A stretch of 64,000 nucleotides of DNA, from assembly GCA_023412855.1 (NCBI GenBank), contig JAEZRJ010000080.1, positions 14,512-78,511 on the forward strand, read 5' to 3'. Shown one piece after another: positions 1 to 10,482 of the stretch. The notes below the pieces were generated by a model that ran no database searches, had not been told where the DNA came from, and saw only the letters and a list, made by a program, of their open reading frames with translations. This stretch comes from Bacillota bacterium (lineage in GTDB: Bacteria; Bacillota; Clostridia; Lachnospirales; Lachnospiraceae). The stretch's first letter is position 1. Each line of letters opens with the position of its first letter. A program made the translations under genes and the position numbers.

Positions 1-31
1 AGGCCGGAGGGGCTGTCCGAGGGGCAGAGTC

Positions 32-865
32 GTGTTAAAAATGGAAATACATAAGATGCAGATAGAGGATGCGGTCAGGCCGGAGAAGAGAAAGTGTGTT
101 CTGACGCAGGAAGAAAGAATCCGCAGAAAAAAGCGCAAGAGAAAAAGAAAACTAATCAGAATAGCAGCCATGGGCATGACAGCCGCGCTGAGCTTAGCAT
201 TGATTGCAGGTATTATTGCCCTCGTATTCTTTGTATCCGGCAGGACCGGAAGACAAGAGAACAAGATGGTGCTAAGTGAAAAAATTCAGATATTGAAGGA
301 TGGAAGGCATGGCAAGTGGCAGGACTTCTATGCCGTCGAATTGCCTATGCCGTCTCTGGATGTGGAGCTGCTTACGGTTAACGAGTTTTCCAGACCGGGA
401 ATCGCTTTGCCGGAGGTTAAGAATATTTTTATTCATTATACGGCAAATGAGGGTACGACGGCATTGCAGAACCGAAGCTACTTCGAGTCTCTTGCCGAAA
501 CCCATGAGCGTTCGGCAAGCGCCCATTTTATTATAGGCTGTGACGGAGAAGTGGTGCAGTGTATTCCTACGGGAGAGATTGCCTACGCGGTAATGAAGCG
601 CAATTACGATTCCATTTCCATCGAGTGCTGCTATGAAAGGGAGGACGGACAGTTTACGGACCGGACCTATCAGTCCTTGATAGAGCTGACGGCATGGCTT
701 TTGCATAAGTACGAGCTTGCGCCGGAGGATGTCCTTCGCCACTACGACGAAGGCGGCAAGATCTGTCCTAAGTATTATGTGGAAAATGAAGCCGCATGGG
801 AGCAATTCCTTGCGGATTTGAGCGAATATATGGAGCAGAGGGCAGGTATGTTTGTGAATCTGTAA
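32..865 (+). CDS. Membrane-anchored N-acetylmuramoyl-L-alanine amidase (Amidase_2/PGRP-like)
   Basis: Basic N-terminus then TM helix; IFIHYTAN, SAHFIIG, LRHYD-x4-ICP zinc-amidase motifs; start may be ATG 41 or 56. Confidence 0.85.
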   Translation: MLKMEIHKMQIEDAVRPEKRKCVLTQEERIRRKKRKRKRKLIRIAAMGMTAALSLALIAGIIALVFFVSGRTGRQENKMVLSEKIQILKDGRHGKWQDFYAVELPMPSLDVELLTVNEFSRPGIALPEVKNIFIHYTANEGTTALQNRSYFESLAETHERSASAHFIIGCDGEVVQCIPTGEIAYAVMKRNYDSISIECCYEREDGQFTDRTYQSLIELTAWLLHKYELAPEDVLRHYDEGGKICPKYYVENEAAWEQFLADLSEYMEQRAGMFVNL

Positions 866-929
866 AGAAACCTGCTAAGAAATGAATTTGTCTGGTGTGC
901 CGTCATCGATACGGCGTAATCGGGAGGGT

Positions 930-1352
930 ATGGCTATGAAATCTTATAGAAAAGAGCTGCATTTTAATTTTCCTTCGAGGAGAGGACTTCAGAACATTAC
1001 GGGAGAGGTTCAGAGGGCGATCGATGAGAGCGGAATTAAGGAAGGTCTTGTGCTGGTAAATGCCATGAATATTACGGCCAGCGTGTTCATCAATGACGAT
1101 GAAAGCGGGCTGCATCACGACTATGAGGTTTGGCTTGAGAAGCTGGCACCGGAGAAGCCTTATAACCAGTATAATCACAACGGTTATGAGGACAATGCGG
1201 ATGCCCATTTAAAGCGCACGATCATGGGACGTGAGACAGTATGTGCGATTACCGGCGGCAAACTGGATTTCGGCACGTGGGAACAAATCTTTTATTTTGA
1301 ATTCGATGGAAAGAGGAACAAGAGAGTACTCATTAAAGTGATCGGAGAATAG
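930..1352 (+). CDS. yjbQ: YjbQ/UPF0047 family protein (secondary thiamine-phosphate synthase)
   Basis: [28 protein letters not shown] motifs; RBS GGGAGG before ATG 930 (936 also possible). Confidence 0.88.
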   Translation: MAMKSYRKELHFNFPSRRGLQNITGEVQRAIDESGIKEGLVLVNAMNITASVFINDDESGLHHDYEVWLEKLAPEKPYNQYNHNGYEDNADAHLKRTIMGRETVCAITGGKLDFGTWEQIFYFEFDGKRNKRVLIKVIGE

Positions 1353-1357
1353 AGAAA

Positions 1358-1621
1358 GCGGTCACCATTAACGAAAACGCCGACCCGGATGTAGTGCGGG
1401 ATTTCACTATGGAAATCGATAAGATCGTTCCCTGGGAGGACGGCTATCATCATATGGAAGGGAATTCCGCAGCTCATTTGAAGGCCAGTATGATGGGATT
1501 TTCTGAGTCAGTGATCATAGAAAATGGGAATCTTCTTCTGGGCACTTGGCAGGGAATTTATTTCTTGGAATATGACGGAGCGAGAAATAGAAAAGTGTAT
1601 GTGAAATTAATGGAAGGATAG
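1358..1621 (+). pseudogene. 5'-truncated second YjbQ paralogue
   Basis: Frame reads AVTINENADPDVVRDF...GNSAAHLKAS...LGTWQGIYFLEYDG; homology begins mid-protein a few nt after the upstream yjbQ stop, with no start codon or RBS in front of it. Confidence 0.75.
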
Positions 1622-1629
1622 TATAGACT

Positions 1630-1677
1630 AATAGAGTAGGGAAATAATTGCTAAGAATTATTTCTCTACTTTATTTT
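1630..1677 (+). terminator. Intrinsic terminator after the yjbQ pair
   Basis: Inverted repeat AATAGAGTAGGGAAATAATT / AATTATTTCTCTACTTTATT followed by T's. Confidence 0.6.
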
Positions 1678-1798
1678 GTAGGGTATTTTTCTATAATATT
1701 TCCCTTAAAAAACAAGGTGAAACTTGCTAAAATAAAATCGGGTATTTTTTTCTCTGTACCAAAAAATAACTTTGAGAAAAGTTGGAATTGAGGATTGA

Positions 1799-3211
1799 AT
1801 GATTCGAATAGCGCAAACAAAACAGGGTCTTATAAGAGGACTTGCAGCAGCAGATCCTTATATTACATCATTTAAAGGTGTTCCTTTTGCAGAACCACCA
1901 GTGGGAGAATTACGATGGAGAGCTCCACAACAGGCAAAATTATATGAAGGAATCAAAGATTGCTTTGAGTTCGCACCAATCTCCATGCAGAATACACCCG
2001 GTGAAAACAAAGAGGATTTTTATAGTAAAGAGTGGAATCTGTATCCGGAGATTCCGATGAGTGAAGATTGTCTATATCTAAACATCTGGACACCAGCAAA
2101 GACAGCCCAGGATAAGCTGCCGGTGTATGTCTGGTATTTCGGAGGCGGCCTTCAATATGGCAATACGGCGGAAATGGAGTTTGATGGGGAACGAATCGCC
2201 AGACGAGGGATTGTTGTGGTTACGGTGAATTATCGAATAAATTTATTTGGGTTTTTTGCACACCCGGAACTGACAAGTGAAAATCCTAAGTCCCCTGCTA
2301 ACTTTGGCAACCTGGATCAGAAAGCGGGTTTACAATGGGTGTATGAGAATATTAAGGCTTTTGGAGGAGATCCAAAACAGATTACGATAGGCGGGCAGTC
2401 TGCTGGTGGCGGTAGTGTGCTGACGCAGTTAAATGATCCTTCCAATCAACCTTATATCAAACGTGCAGTGGTAGAAAGTGGTATGTTTCTAAGTCCTTTT
2501 CATGACAGTCCATATATATCTTTGGAACAGGCAGAAAGACAGGGAGAAGAATTTTTTAGAATACTCAATATCACGTCTTTGAAGGAAGCAAGAGAACTGC
2601 CTGCGATTTATCTCAGGGACAAAAACAGGGAACTTGGATTTCAGTGGTGGACAGCTATTGATGGAGTATTTCAAAAAGAGTATTATCTGAAAAACTTACT
2701 TACTGGAAATATATTAGATGTACCATTGTTTTTTGGTTATACAAAAGATGAATTTATAGAAGAACAGAATGGAAAAAAAGTCAATACAATACAGTTAGCT
2801 ATGGCGGCGGCTGTTTTATCTATGAGAAGAACAGGGCGACACAAATTTTCTTATTGCTATGAATTCGCTCTAGATATGCCGGGGGAAGACCGACCGGGAG
2901 CTTTTCATTCTTCCGATCTATGGTTTTTCTTTGAAACCCTTGCAAAATGCCATCGAACGTTTACTGGGGTTCATTATGATTTGGCAAGAACCATGTGTGA
3001 TTCTCTTTCTGCTTTTATCAGGACGGGGAATCCGAATAAAAATACCAAAAAACATTCTCTACTCCCAGAATGGAAAGATTGCCATAGTAAGAATAGAAAC
3101 CTGATGCTATTTGACAAGGAAATAATCTGTAAATGTTTGGACTCGGAAGAAGAGCTGCTTTTCATGGCAGAGTCATGTATCGGACAAGATCAGATATCGA
3201 GAATACACTAG
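1799..3211 (+). CDS. Type-B carboxylesterase (candidate acetyl/feruloyl xylan esterase)
   Basis: FKGVPFAEPP, SEDCLYLNIW, GQSAGG nucleophile elbow, AFHSSD catalytic His; no signal peptide. Confidence 0.85.
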   Translation: MIRIAQTKQGLIRGLAAADPYITSFKGVPFAEPPVGELRWRAPQQAKLYEGIKDCFEFAPISMQNTPGENKEDFYSKEWNLYPEIPMSEDCLYLNIWTPAKTAQDKLPVYVWYFGGGLQYGNTAEMEFDGERIARRGIVVVTVNYRINLFGFFAHPELTSENPKSPANFGNLDQKAGLQWVYENIKAFGGDPKQITIGGQSAGGGSVLTQLNDPSNQPYIKRAVVESGMFLSPFHDSPYISLEQAERQGEEFFRILNITSLKEARELPAIYLRDKNRELGFQWWTAIDGVFQKEYYLKNLLTGNILDVPLFFGYTKDEFIEEQNGKKVNTIQLAMAAAVLSMRRTGRHKFSYCYEFALDMPGEDRPGAFHSSDLWFFFETLAKCHRTFTGVHYDLARTMCDSLSAFIRTGNPNKNTKKHSLLPEWKDCHSKNRNLMLFDKEIICKCLDSEEELLFMAESCIGQDQISRIH

Positions 3212-3225
3212 AAAAGGATAGAATT

Positions 3226-5079
3226 ATGTTGCAGTTAGAAAAGATATTTCAAGATCATATGATGTTACAAAGAAACTGTGAAAATCGTATCTGCGGAAAG
3301 GATTTGCCCAATGAGAAAATCAGACTTCTGTTTCAGAATCAGGTCTATGAAAGTAAATCGACTGAAGAGGGGAACTGGGAAATCGTAGTTGGGCCATTGC
3401 CTGCGGGCGGTCCTTATTCCATGTTGTTTTTGGGGAGCAGTCAGATAGAAATCAAGGATGTTATGATCGGAGATCTGTATTTTCTATCCGGACAGTCTAA
3501 CATGGAAATGAAACTGACAGAAACCATTGATGTGACCAGATTAGATACACTGTTGGAAATACCTTCTATTCGATTTCTTTCTGTAGTACCAAATTATATT
3601 TTTCAGGAAGGAGAAGAAGTTCTGCCACTTCTTTCCTGGAAACAGGCCGTAAAAGCAAACTTTTCGGATATGAGTGCCATTGGGTATTTTTTTGCTCTAG
3701 AGATTACAGAAAGCCAGAACGTACCCATTGGGCTTATTCAGACCGCGGTGGGAGGCAGTAGTATTGAGGCGTGGATGAAAAGAGAAACATTGAATACATT
3801 AGGAAATTCCTGTGAAGAAATTGCAGATTTTCTGACACCTCATGCATTAGAAACTATTATTCTGAAACAGATGACAGAGAAAGAGCGCTGGATGAAGCCT
3901 ATATTGCAGGAGAAGATACCAGCCCATGCTGAGTGGGAGGATTGGTATCTTTCGCAGACTATAGGATCCTGCTCCATATCTCCCTATTATGGCTCGATCT
4001 GGCTCAAAAGAGAGATTTATCTGGAAGAAAAGCCGGCAGAAGACGGGATTTTAAGGTTGGGTCTGATGATTGATGGAGCAACTATCTGGATTAACAACCA
4101 TTATGTCGGAAGCGGTTTACATCGATATGAAATGCTAAACTTCCCTGTCTGTAAGGATATTTTACAACAGGGAAGAAATGAAATTATGGTCCGATTAGTG
4201 ATAGAAAATGGTGTTGGTGGTTTCGTACCTCAAAAACCATATCGTCTTACAATTGGATCTAAGGAATTAGATTTAAGTGGAATCTGGAAGACCTGTAAAG
4301 GGACAGTACAGAAGAAAAAAGCTCCAGATGTTCTGGTTCCACCATTATTTCCTCTGGGGTTGTTTTATGGAGTTTTGCGTCCGCTTCGTCATTTGCAGTT
4401 TCGAGCTATTCTATGGTATCAGGGAGAAAGTAATGTGGGTCATCCCGAAGATTATAAGACAATGTTTTATGAGATGAAAGCTGACTGGGAACAAGAATTT
4501 CAGAGACCTTTGAGTTTCTGCTGTGTTCAGCTGGCTAATTATCAGGATCCACTGAATCAGGTAACAGATACGGGGTGGGCAAAAATTCGAAATGATCAAA
4601 GACGGTGCAGAAAGGAAGTAAGTTCTTCACCTGATCGGATAGGTGTGATTACAGCCATGGATTTGGGTGAAAAGACAGATTTACATCCTCACAACAAAAA
4701 AGAAGTTGCATACCGCCTCAGCTTATGGGTGCGGAGTCAGATATATGGAGAAGAGATCTGCTGCCATGGACCTGTTTTAAGTACCTATGAAAGAATAGAT
4801 GATAAAATACTTCTTTATTTCATGTATGATGATTCTATCTTGCAAGAGATCACAAATTTTGAAATATTAACAGAGGTTGGTGAGTGGAGGCCTGTGAAGG
4901 CTCTGCATAGACCTGGTCAAGTGGAAATTATGTTACCGGAATCTATGAAATCGAAGAACGCAGGTTCCGCGAAACCAGTAATCCAGGTTCGGTATGGATG
5001 GTATGATAACCCGGGACCTTTAAATTTTTACAATAGTGATGGACTTCCGGCAGAAAGTTTTTTCCTGGAAATAGAATAG
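3226..5079 (+). CDS. Sialate O-acetylesterase (SASA/SGNH) family carbohydrate acetylesterase
   Basis: DHMMLQR, GQSNM, GGSSIEAW, WYQGESN, DLHPHNK motifs; start moved to ATG 3226 (AAGGA RBS). Confidence 0.85.
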   Translation: MLQLEKIFQDHMMLQRNCENRICGKDLPNEKIRLLFQNQVYESKSTEEGNWEIVVGPLPAGGPYSMLFLGSSQIEIKDVMIGDLYFLSGQSNMEMKLTETIDVTRLDTLLEIPSIRFLSVVPNYIFQEGEEVLPLLSWKQAVKANFSDMSAIGYFFALEITESQNVPIGLIQTAVGGSSIEAWMKRETLNTLGNSCEEIADFLTPHALETIILKQMTEKERWMKPILQEKIPAHAEWEDWYLSQTIGSCSISPYYGSIWLKREIYLEEKPAEDGILRLGLMIDGATIWINNHYVGSGLHRYEMLNFPVCKDILQQGRNEIMVRLVIENGVGGFVPQKPYRLTIGSKELDLSGIWKTCKGTVQKKKAPDVLVPPLFPLGLFYGVLRPLRHLQFRAILWYQGESNVGHPEDYKTMFYEMKADWEQEFQRPLSFCCVQLANYQDPLNQVTDTGWAKIRNDQRRCRKEVSSSPDRIGVITAMDLGEKTDLHPHNKKEVAYRLSLWVRSQIYGEEICCHGPVLSTYERIDDKILLYFMYDDSILQEITNFEILTEVGEWRPVKALHRPGQVEIMLPESMKSKNAGSAKPVIQVRYGWYDNPGPLNFYNSDGLPAESFFLEIE

Positions 5080-5139
5080 CAAAGTGGGTAAGGATTATGA
5101 TAAATTAGAAATATGAATTCAGTCAGGTGGGGGAACAGG

Positions 5140-6906
5140 ATGGAGAAGTTTTTAAGACGTTTTGAAAGTTTTATGGATGATTTTGAAATACGTAAAAAAT
5201 TATTTATTTTGTACATTGTCTGCGTAATCCTGCCACTGATTGTCACAGATGGTTTTATTATTTATTTTGTTGTTCATTCAGAACAGACAGAGCGGCAGCA
5301 TGATATGGAAAACATCGCCAATGCGGTACAGTATAATTTTACCAATAGCATTAACAATGCTTCCGGTGTCGCCAGAAATATTTACATGAATAAATACATC
5401 AATGATTTTCTGGGAAAAGAGTATGAAAATCCGCTAGATTATGTGACTTCTTATCAGGAGTACTTTAAGAGTGTGCTGTTTGACAGTGGGTTTGGCTCGG
5501 ATAATATTATTGTGAAGATGTATTCAGATAACCAGACTATAGTAAGAGGTGGAAAGTTTGGGGGTCTGGATGAAATTATAGATAGTGAATGGTATCAGCA
5601 GTTACAGCTTTCCGAGACCGACAAGACGATTATGTTTTTATATGATAAAAGCAAAGTTCCGATGGTTGAGGCAAAGAGAAAAATTATTTTTGCACAGAAA
5701 ATGAATTTCTATAATGGAGATCCTTTTGAAAAGGTTCTGACTGTTGAGATTGATTATAGTTCACTAGTGCGCAATCTTGTGAAAATGAATTATAATATGC
5801 CAGTTTTTGTTTGTAATAACAAACAGATTTTATTATCCAATGAGGATTATAACAGTGTCGGAAAAAATTATCAGGAATTTAAATTTGAAAACAGAGTTGG
5901 ATACCGTCAGGATATGAGTTTTTATGGTATGGATTTTCAAATTTATATTTTGAAACCTGAAATGACTATGGTCAGTCAGATGATGAACAACATGCCATTG
6001 TTTATCATATCGCTTATAGTGGCTAACATTATATTGCCACTTGTTTTGGTGTGTGGTTTTAACCGTTCCTTTACTGTACGGATTAGTGAATTGAGTGATG
6101 TTTTTCAGAAAATCGACGATGAGAGACTGGTACAGATCTATGATGTTCGTGGGCAGGATGAAATCGGAGAATTGATGCGTAATTACAACAAAATGGTAAA
6201 TCGTATTAACTCACTGATTGAAACAGTGTATGTAGGCAGGATGAAAGAACAGGAAATGATGGTAGCCAGACAGAATGCAGAGCTTCTGGCTCTGCACAGC
6301 CAGATTAATCCACATTTTCTATTTAATGCTTTGGAAAGTATCCGTATGCATAGTATTATTAAGATGGAGTATGAAACAGCAGATATGGTGGAGCGGTTGG
6401 CAATTATGCAGAGACAGTATCTGGAATGGGGGAATGATCTGGTAGCAATCTATCAGGAAATGGATTTTGTGAAGGCTTATCTGGAGTTACAGAAATACCG
6501 TTTTGGAGAGAAGCTTTCCTATAGTCTGGAAATGGAAGACTCCTGCAGGGATTATAAGATTCCAAAACTGACGCTGGTTACCTTTGTGGAAAATGCCTGT
6601 GTTCATGGTATAGAAAGTAAGTCAAAGCCTGGATGGATTTTTGTCCGTGTTTTTGAAAAAAATGAGACCCTTTGTCTGGAAATTGAAGATACGGGACATG
6701 GTATGGAAGAGGAGCAGATGAAAGACCTTCGGATGAAGATGGATTATGCAAGTATAGAAATGTTACAGAATAAGGGTAGGGTAGGTACTGTGAATGCCTG
6801 CCTTCGTCTGAAAATGCATACAAACAACCAGGTTCAGTTTCATGTAGAAGGTGAAATGGGAATGGGTATGGTGGTACAGATGTATATACCGTTAAAGTAT
6901 GTGTAA
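5140..6906 (+). CDS. Sensor histidine kinase, YesM/LytS family
   Basis: Two TM helices, HAMP, SQINPHFLFNALE H-box, ENACVHG, DTGHG; start could be 5113. Confidence 0.9.
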   Translation: MEKFLRRFESFMDDFEIRKKLFILYIVCVILPLIVTDGFIIYFVVHSEQTERQHDMENIANAVQYNFTNSINNASGVARNIYMNKYINDFLGKEYENPLDYVTSYQEYFKSVLFDSGFGSDNIIVKMYSDNQTIVRGGKFGGLDEIIDSEWYQQLQLSETDKTIMFLYDKSKVPMVEAKRKIIFAQKMNFYNGDPFEKVLTVEIDYSSLVRNLVKMNYNMPVFVCNNKQILLSNEDYNSVGKNYQEFKFENRVGYRQDMSFYGMDFQIYILKPEMTMVSQMMNNMPLFIISLIVANIILPLVLVCGFNRSFTVRISELSDVFQKIDDERLVQIYDVRGQDEIGELMRNYNKMVNRINSLIETVYVGRMKEQEMMVARQNAELLALHSQINPHFLFNALESIRMHSIIKMEYETADMVERLAIMQRQYLEWGNDLVAIYQEMDFVKAYLELQKYRFGEKLSYSLEMEDSCRDYKIPKLTLVTFVENACVHGIESKSKPGWIFVRVFEKNETLCLEIEDTGHGMEEEQMKDLRMKMDYASIEMLQNKGRVGTVNACLRLKMHTNNQVQFHVEGEMGMGMVVQMYIPLKYV

Positions 6907-6927
6907 GGCTTTTGGGAGGAAACTGGA

Positions 6928-8517
6928 ATGTTAAAAGTGCTATTAGTGGATGACGAACCATTTATTATGCAGGGTTTAAAGGTGCTGTTTGATTGGGAAC
7001 AGGAAGGATTTGAGATTGTCAAAACGGCTGGTGATGGTCAGGAAGCACTGGAGTTTCTGAAAGAATGCCAGGTAGATTTGATTATTGCGGATATTAATAT
7101 GCCGGGAATTAATGGCTTAGAACTGTTGGAGAAAATCAGAGGAGAAGCAATATCGGACGCTTATTTTGTGTTTTTAAGTGGTTATGCTGATTTTTCCTAT
7201 GCCCAGAAGGCTATTTCCTATGAATGTACGTATTATCTTTTAAAACCTGTTGAAAAAGAAGAATTGATTAAAGTTTTGAAAAAAGTACGGAAAAAAAATG
7301 ATAAACGGGTTGAGACCAGACAAACCAGTGTAAAAATGGAACGTGCCTATCAGGCAAGAAATATGATTTCTGTTATTCTCGGGAAGTATGATTCTTCCAA
7401 CCTGGAATATGTGAAGGAATATACCAGATTTTCTAATACAATGTATTATGTGGAAATTGAATTGGATGGAATGCAGATGGAAGAAGAAATCACTGATCAG
7501 AAAAAACGAGAATATCAGCGAAAACTATTCCAGTCCTGTCTTGATTTTCTAAAAGAAGATGGAAACCACTGCATTTTTGATGTATCCGGACATGAAAAAA
7601 TATATGATATAGGGTTTGTTTTCTGTGATTATATGGCTCATCAGGAAGGAATGACAGAAGCAAAGTATTTAGAATATTTCCAGAAATATCTGCAAGATGC
7701 TGTTGGGCTTCCGGTTATTATGCTGTTAGGTAAAAAAGTAAATGATATTTCTCAGATAGCAAAATCATACCGGTCTGCATGCATGCTTCGTTCTTTTCAA
7801 GGCTTTCACAGTAAAAAAAGCATTTACTATTATGAAGAGGATATCCAGGTCTCCAATACGGGAATTGTGTTATGTAAACACAGTTTAGATCAACTGGTAC
7901 AGGCCATTGAGCAGAATGATTCTGCTACGATTATCAAAAGTGTATCTTTATTCTTTGAAGAAATGCAGTCCAAAGGGCTTTCGGAAAAAATTATTAATTT
8001 GAATATTAATTATCTTCTGTTCCAACTGATTCATCTGGCAACAGAGCAGGATGATGGAATAAATCAGGAAGAAATCTTGCGGGTGATCAGTGAAAGTACG
8101 TTTGAAGAAGGAATTATGCGAGGCAGTAAAGCCCATATTACCAGATTTGCCTGTGAATATGGAGATTATCTGACTCAGTTGAGAAAAAAGGTTTCCAGAG
8201 GAGTTCTTGCAGAAGTGAAAAAGGAGATTTGGGACCGTTATGCAGAGAATCTTACCTTAAAAGATTTAAGCGAAAAATATTATGTAAACAGTGCTTATCT
8301 GGGACAACTGTTTCGAAAAAAATATGGACAGTCCTTTAAAGACTATTTAAATGCTTACCGAATTGAACAGGCAGCCAATCTGTTACTGAGAACCGATGAT
8401 AAAATCTACTGTATCGCTGAGGCGGTAGGGTATCATGATCCAGACTATTTTGTGAACCGTTTTATTGCACAGAAAGGCTGTACACCAGCCAGATTTCGTA
8501 AGCAGGCACAGGAGTAA
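6928..8517 (+). CDS. Response regulator with AraC DNA-binding domain (YesN family)
   Basis: LLVDDE, DINMPG receiver; C-terminal AraC HTH (YLGQLFRKKYG, AEAVGY). Confidence 0.9.
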   Translation: MLKVLLVDDEPFIMQGLKVLFDWEQEGFEIVKTAGDGQEALEFLKECQVDLIIADINMPGINGLELLEKIRGEAISDAYFVFLSGYADFSYAQKAISYECTYYLLKPVEKEELIKVLKKVRKKNDKRVETRQTSVKMERAYQARNMISVILGKYDSSNLEYVKEYTRFSNTMYYVEIELDGMQMEEEITDQKKREYQRKLFQSCLDFLKEDGNHCIFDVSGHEKIYDIGFVFCDYMAHQEGMTEAKYLEYFQKYLQDAVGLPVIMLLGKKVNDISQIAKSYRSACMLRSFQGFHSKKSIYYYEEDIQVSNTGIVLCKHSLDQLVQAIEQNDSATIIKSVSLFFEEMQSKGLSEKIINLNINYLLFQLIHLATEQDDGINQEEILRVISESTFEEGIMRGSKAHITRFACEYGDYLTQLRKKVSRGVLAEVKKEIWDRYAENLTLKDLSEKYYVNSAYLGQLFRKKYGQSFKDYLNAYRIEQAANLLLRTDDKIYCIAEAVGYHDPDYFVNRFIAQKGCTPARFRKQAQE

Positions 8518-8550
8518 TTTGCAAATTCAACTACAAACAGCAAAAAAATA

Positions 8551-8595
8551 GCAGGGTAAAGTATAGAAATCGATTCTATACTTTGCCCTGTTTTT
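8551..8595 (+). terminator. Intrinsic terminator after the response regulator
   Basis: CAGGGTAAAGTATAGAA / TTCTATACTTTGCCCTG stem plus TTTTT. Confidence 0.7.
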
Positions 8596-8671
8596 ATATA
8601 TAGTTTCTCCAATTGTTTGAAATTGCAGGGAAGTTATAATAAGAGTATCAAAAAACATGGGAGGGTTCAAA

Positions 8672-10396
8672 ATGAAAAAGAAACAACTTTTGAGTTTGTT
8701 ACTTGGAGCAACATTATCCATTGCATTGCTGGCAGGCTGCGGTAGCAAAACAGATGAGTCGGCTACTGAAACATCAACAGATTCTGCAACCACAACAACA
8801 GAAGCTGATGCAGGTGAAACATCAAATGGAGAAATTAAAGAATTCACTGCATTCTTCGCGGTAGCTGGAACTGAAATCAACGATGATAACGAGATTCAGA
8901 CGATCATTGCTGAAAAAACAGGTGCTAAAGTGAAAGAAACATGGTTGACAGGACAGACTGACAAGGAAGCAATTGGTACCTTTATTGCGGGTGGTGAATA
9001 TCCAGATTTTATTGAAGGTGGTAGCGGAACGCCTCAGTTAATCGATGCTGGTGCATTGGTTGCTTTGGATGATTACATCGAAAAGTACCCAAATATCAAA
9101 GCTCTATTTTCAGAAGAAGACTGGAACAAACTTCGCCAGACAGATGGACATATTTACTTTATTCCACAGTTCGGTACTGTAAAAAATGAAGAAAAAGTAT
9201 GTACCCATAATGACGAAGCTTTCTGGATTCAGACCAGAGTATTAAAATGGGCTGGTTACCCAGAAGTGAAAACCATGGATCAGTATTTTGAACTGATTGA
9301 ATCTTATCAGGCAGCAAATCCTACCATGGAAGATGGTACAGAAAATATCCCATATACCATTCTTTGTGAAGACTGGAGATATTTCTGTCTTGAAAACGCT
9401 CCGCAGTTCTTAGACGGATATCCAAACGATGGTTCTGTTATTGTAGATCCTGTAAACTTAAAAATTATTGATTACAATACAACTCCCACAGCAAAACTCT
9501 ACTTCCAGAAATTAAATGAAGAGTACAAAAAAGGAATTGTAGATCCTGAATCTTTTACACAGACCTATGATGAATATATTGCAAAACTTTCAACCGGACG
9601 CGTTCTTGGTATGATCGATCAATGGTGGGATTTTGCATACAATGTAAACGATGCTTTAAAACAGCAGGAACTTGATGCACAGGGCTGTAATTATGTCCCG
9701 CTTCCAATTACTATTTCAGAAGATGTTAAAAATCAGTGGCACAACTCTGGTGCAGTATTAAATGTTTCCAGTGGCCTTGCAGTAACAACAAGCTGTGAAG
9801 ATGTCGATGCAGCGATGAAATTTGTAAATGATATATTAGCACAGGACATCCATGATTTACGTTTCTGGGGTGTTGAAGACGTAGATTATAATGTTACAGA
9901 AACAGGAGAATTTGCACGTACAGAAGAACAGAGAATGAATGCATCAGACACAGCTTACAAAGCTTCTCACCTTTGTACATATTCTTACTTCCCGCAGTAT
10001 ACAGGAACCAGTGATGATGGAATCAATGCAAACAGACCAGATGGTCAGGCAAGCGAATTCTATGATGCTTTGCATCCGGTATTACAGGAATGTTTTGCTG
10101 CATATGGTGCAAAAACATATGTAGATATGTTAGGAACCAATGAATCACCAGGATCATGGTACCCAATGTGGTCATTCTCCAACTCTTTAAATACCAGCAC
10201 ACCAGGTGGTACTGCATGGGTTAAAATCGGTGAAGTAAAACATGAATGGCTTCCCAAAATCGTTATGGCTGATGACTATGAAGGCGCTTGGGCAGATTAC
10301 ATGGAAGTATATAAAAACTGTGATTCACAGGCATTCTTAAGTGAAATGCAGGCAGAACTTGATCGCAGAATGGCTGAATCAGCAAAGTTTAATTAA
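8672..10396 (+). CDS. Carbohydrate ABC transporter solute-binding lipoprotein (xylo-oligosaccharide by context)
   Basis: MKKKQ...LLAGC lipobox, Ser/Thr/Glu-rich linker, LplA-like SBP body; GGGAGG RBS. Confidence 0.88.
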   Translation: MKKKQLLSLLLGATLSIALLAGCGSKTDESATETSTDSATTTTEADAGETSNGEIKEFTAFFAVAGTEINDDNEIQTIIAEKTGAKVKETWLTGQTDKEAIGTFIAGGEYPDFIEGGSGTPQLIDAGALVALDDYIEKYPNIKALFSEEDWNKLRQTDGHIYFIPQFGTVKNEEKVCTHNDEAFWIQTRVLKWAGYPEVKTMDQYFELIESYQAANPTMEDGTENIPYTILCEDWRYFCLENAPQFLDGYPNDGSVIVDPVNLKIIDYNTTPTAKLYFQKLNEEYKKGIVDPESFTQTYDEYIAKLSTGRVLGMIDQWWDFAYNVNDALKQQELDAQGCNYVPLPITISEDVKNQWHNSGAVLNVSSGLAVTTSCEDVDAAMKFVNDILAQDIHDLRFWGVEDVDYNVTETGEFARTEEQRMNASDTAYKASHLCTYSYFPQYTGTSDDGINANRPDGQASEFYDALHPVLQECFAAYGAKTYVDMLGTNESPGSWYPMWSFSNSLNTSTPGGTAWVKIGEVKHEWLPKIVMADDYEGAWADYMEVYKNCDSQAFLSEMQAELDRRMAESAKFN

Positions 10397-10425
10397 TTCT
10401 CAATTATAGTAAGAAAAAACTTAAG

Positions 10426-10461
10426 GCAGGCAGATGTAGAGTGTTTCATCTGCCTGTTTTT
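10426..10461 (+). terminator. Stem-loop/partial terminator between SBP and permeases
   Basis: CAGGCAGATG / CATCTGCCTG plus TTTTT. Confidence 0.6.
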
Positions 10462-10482
10462 AAAAATAGGAGTGAACACGAA

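Noticed and set aside
3133..3225. Apparent 79-bp overlap between the two esterase genes
   Set aside because: Disappears when the SASA start is placed at ATG 3226, which has an RBS and the family-typical N-terminus.
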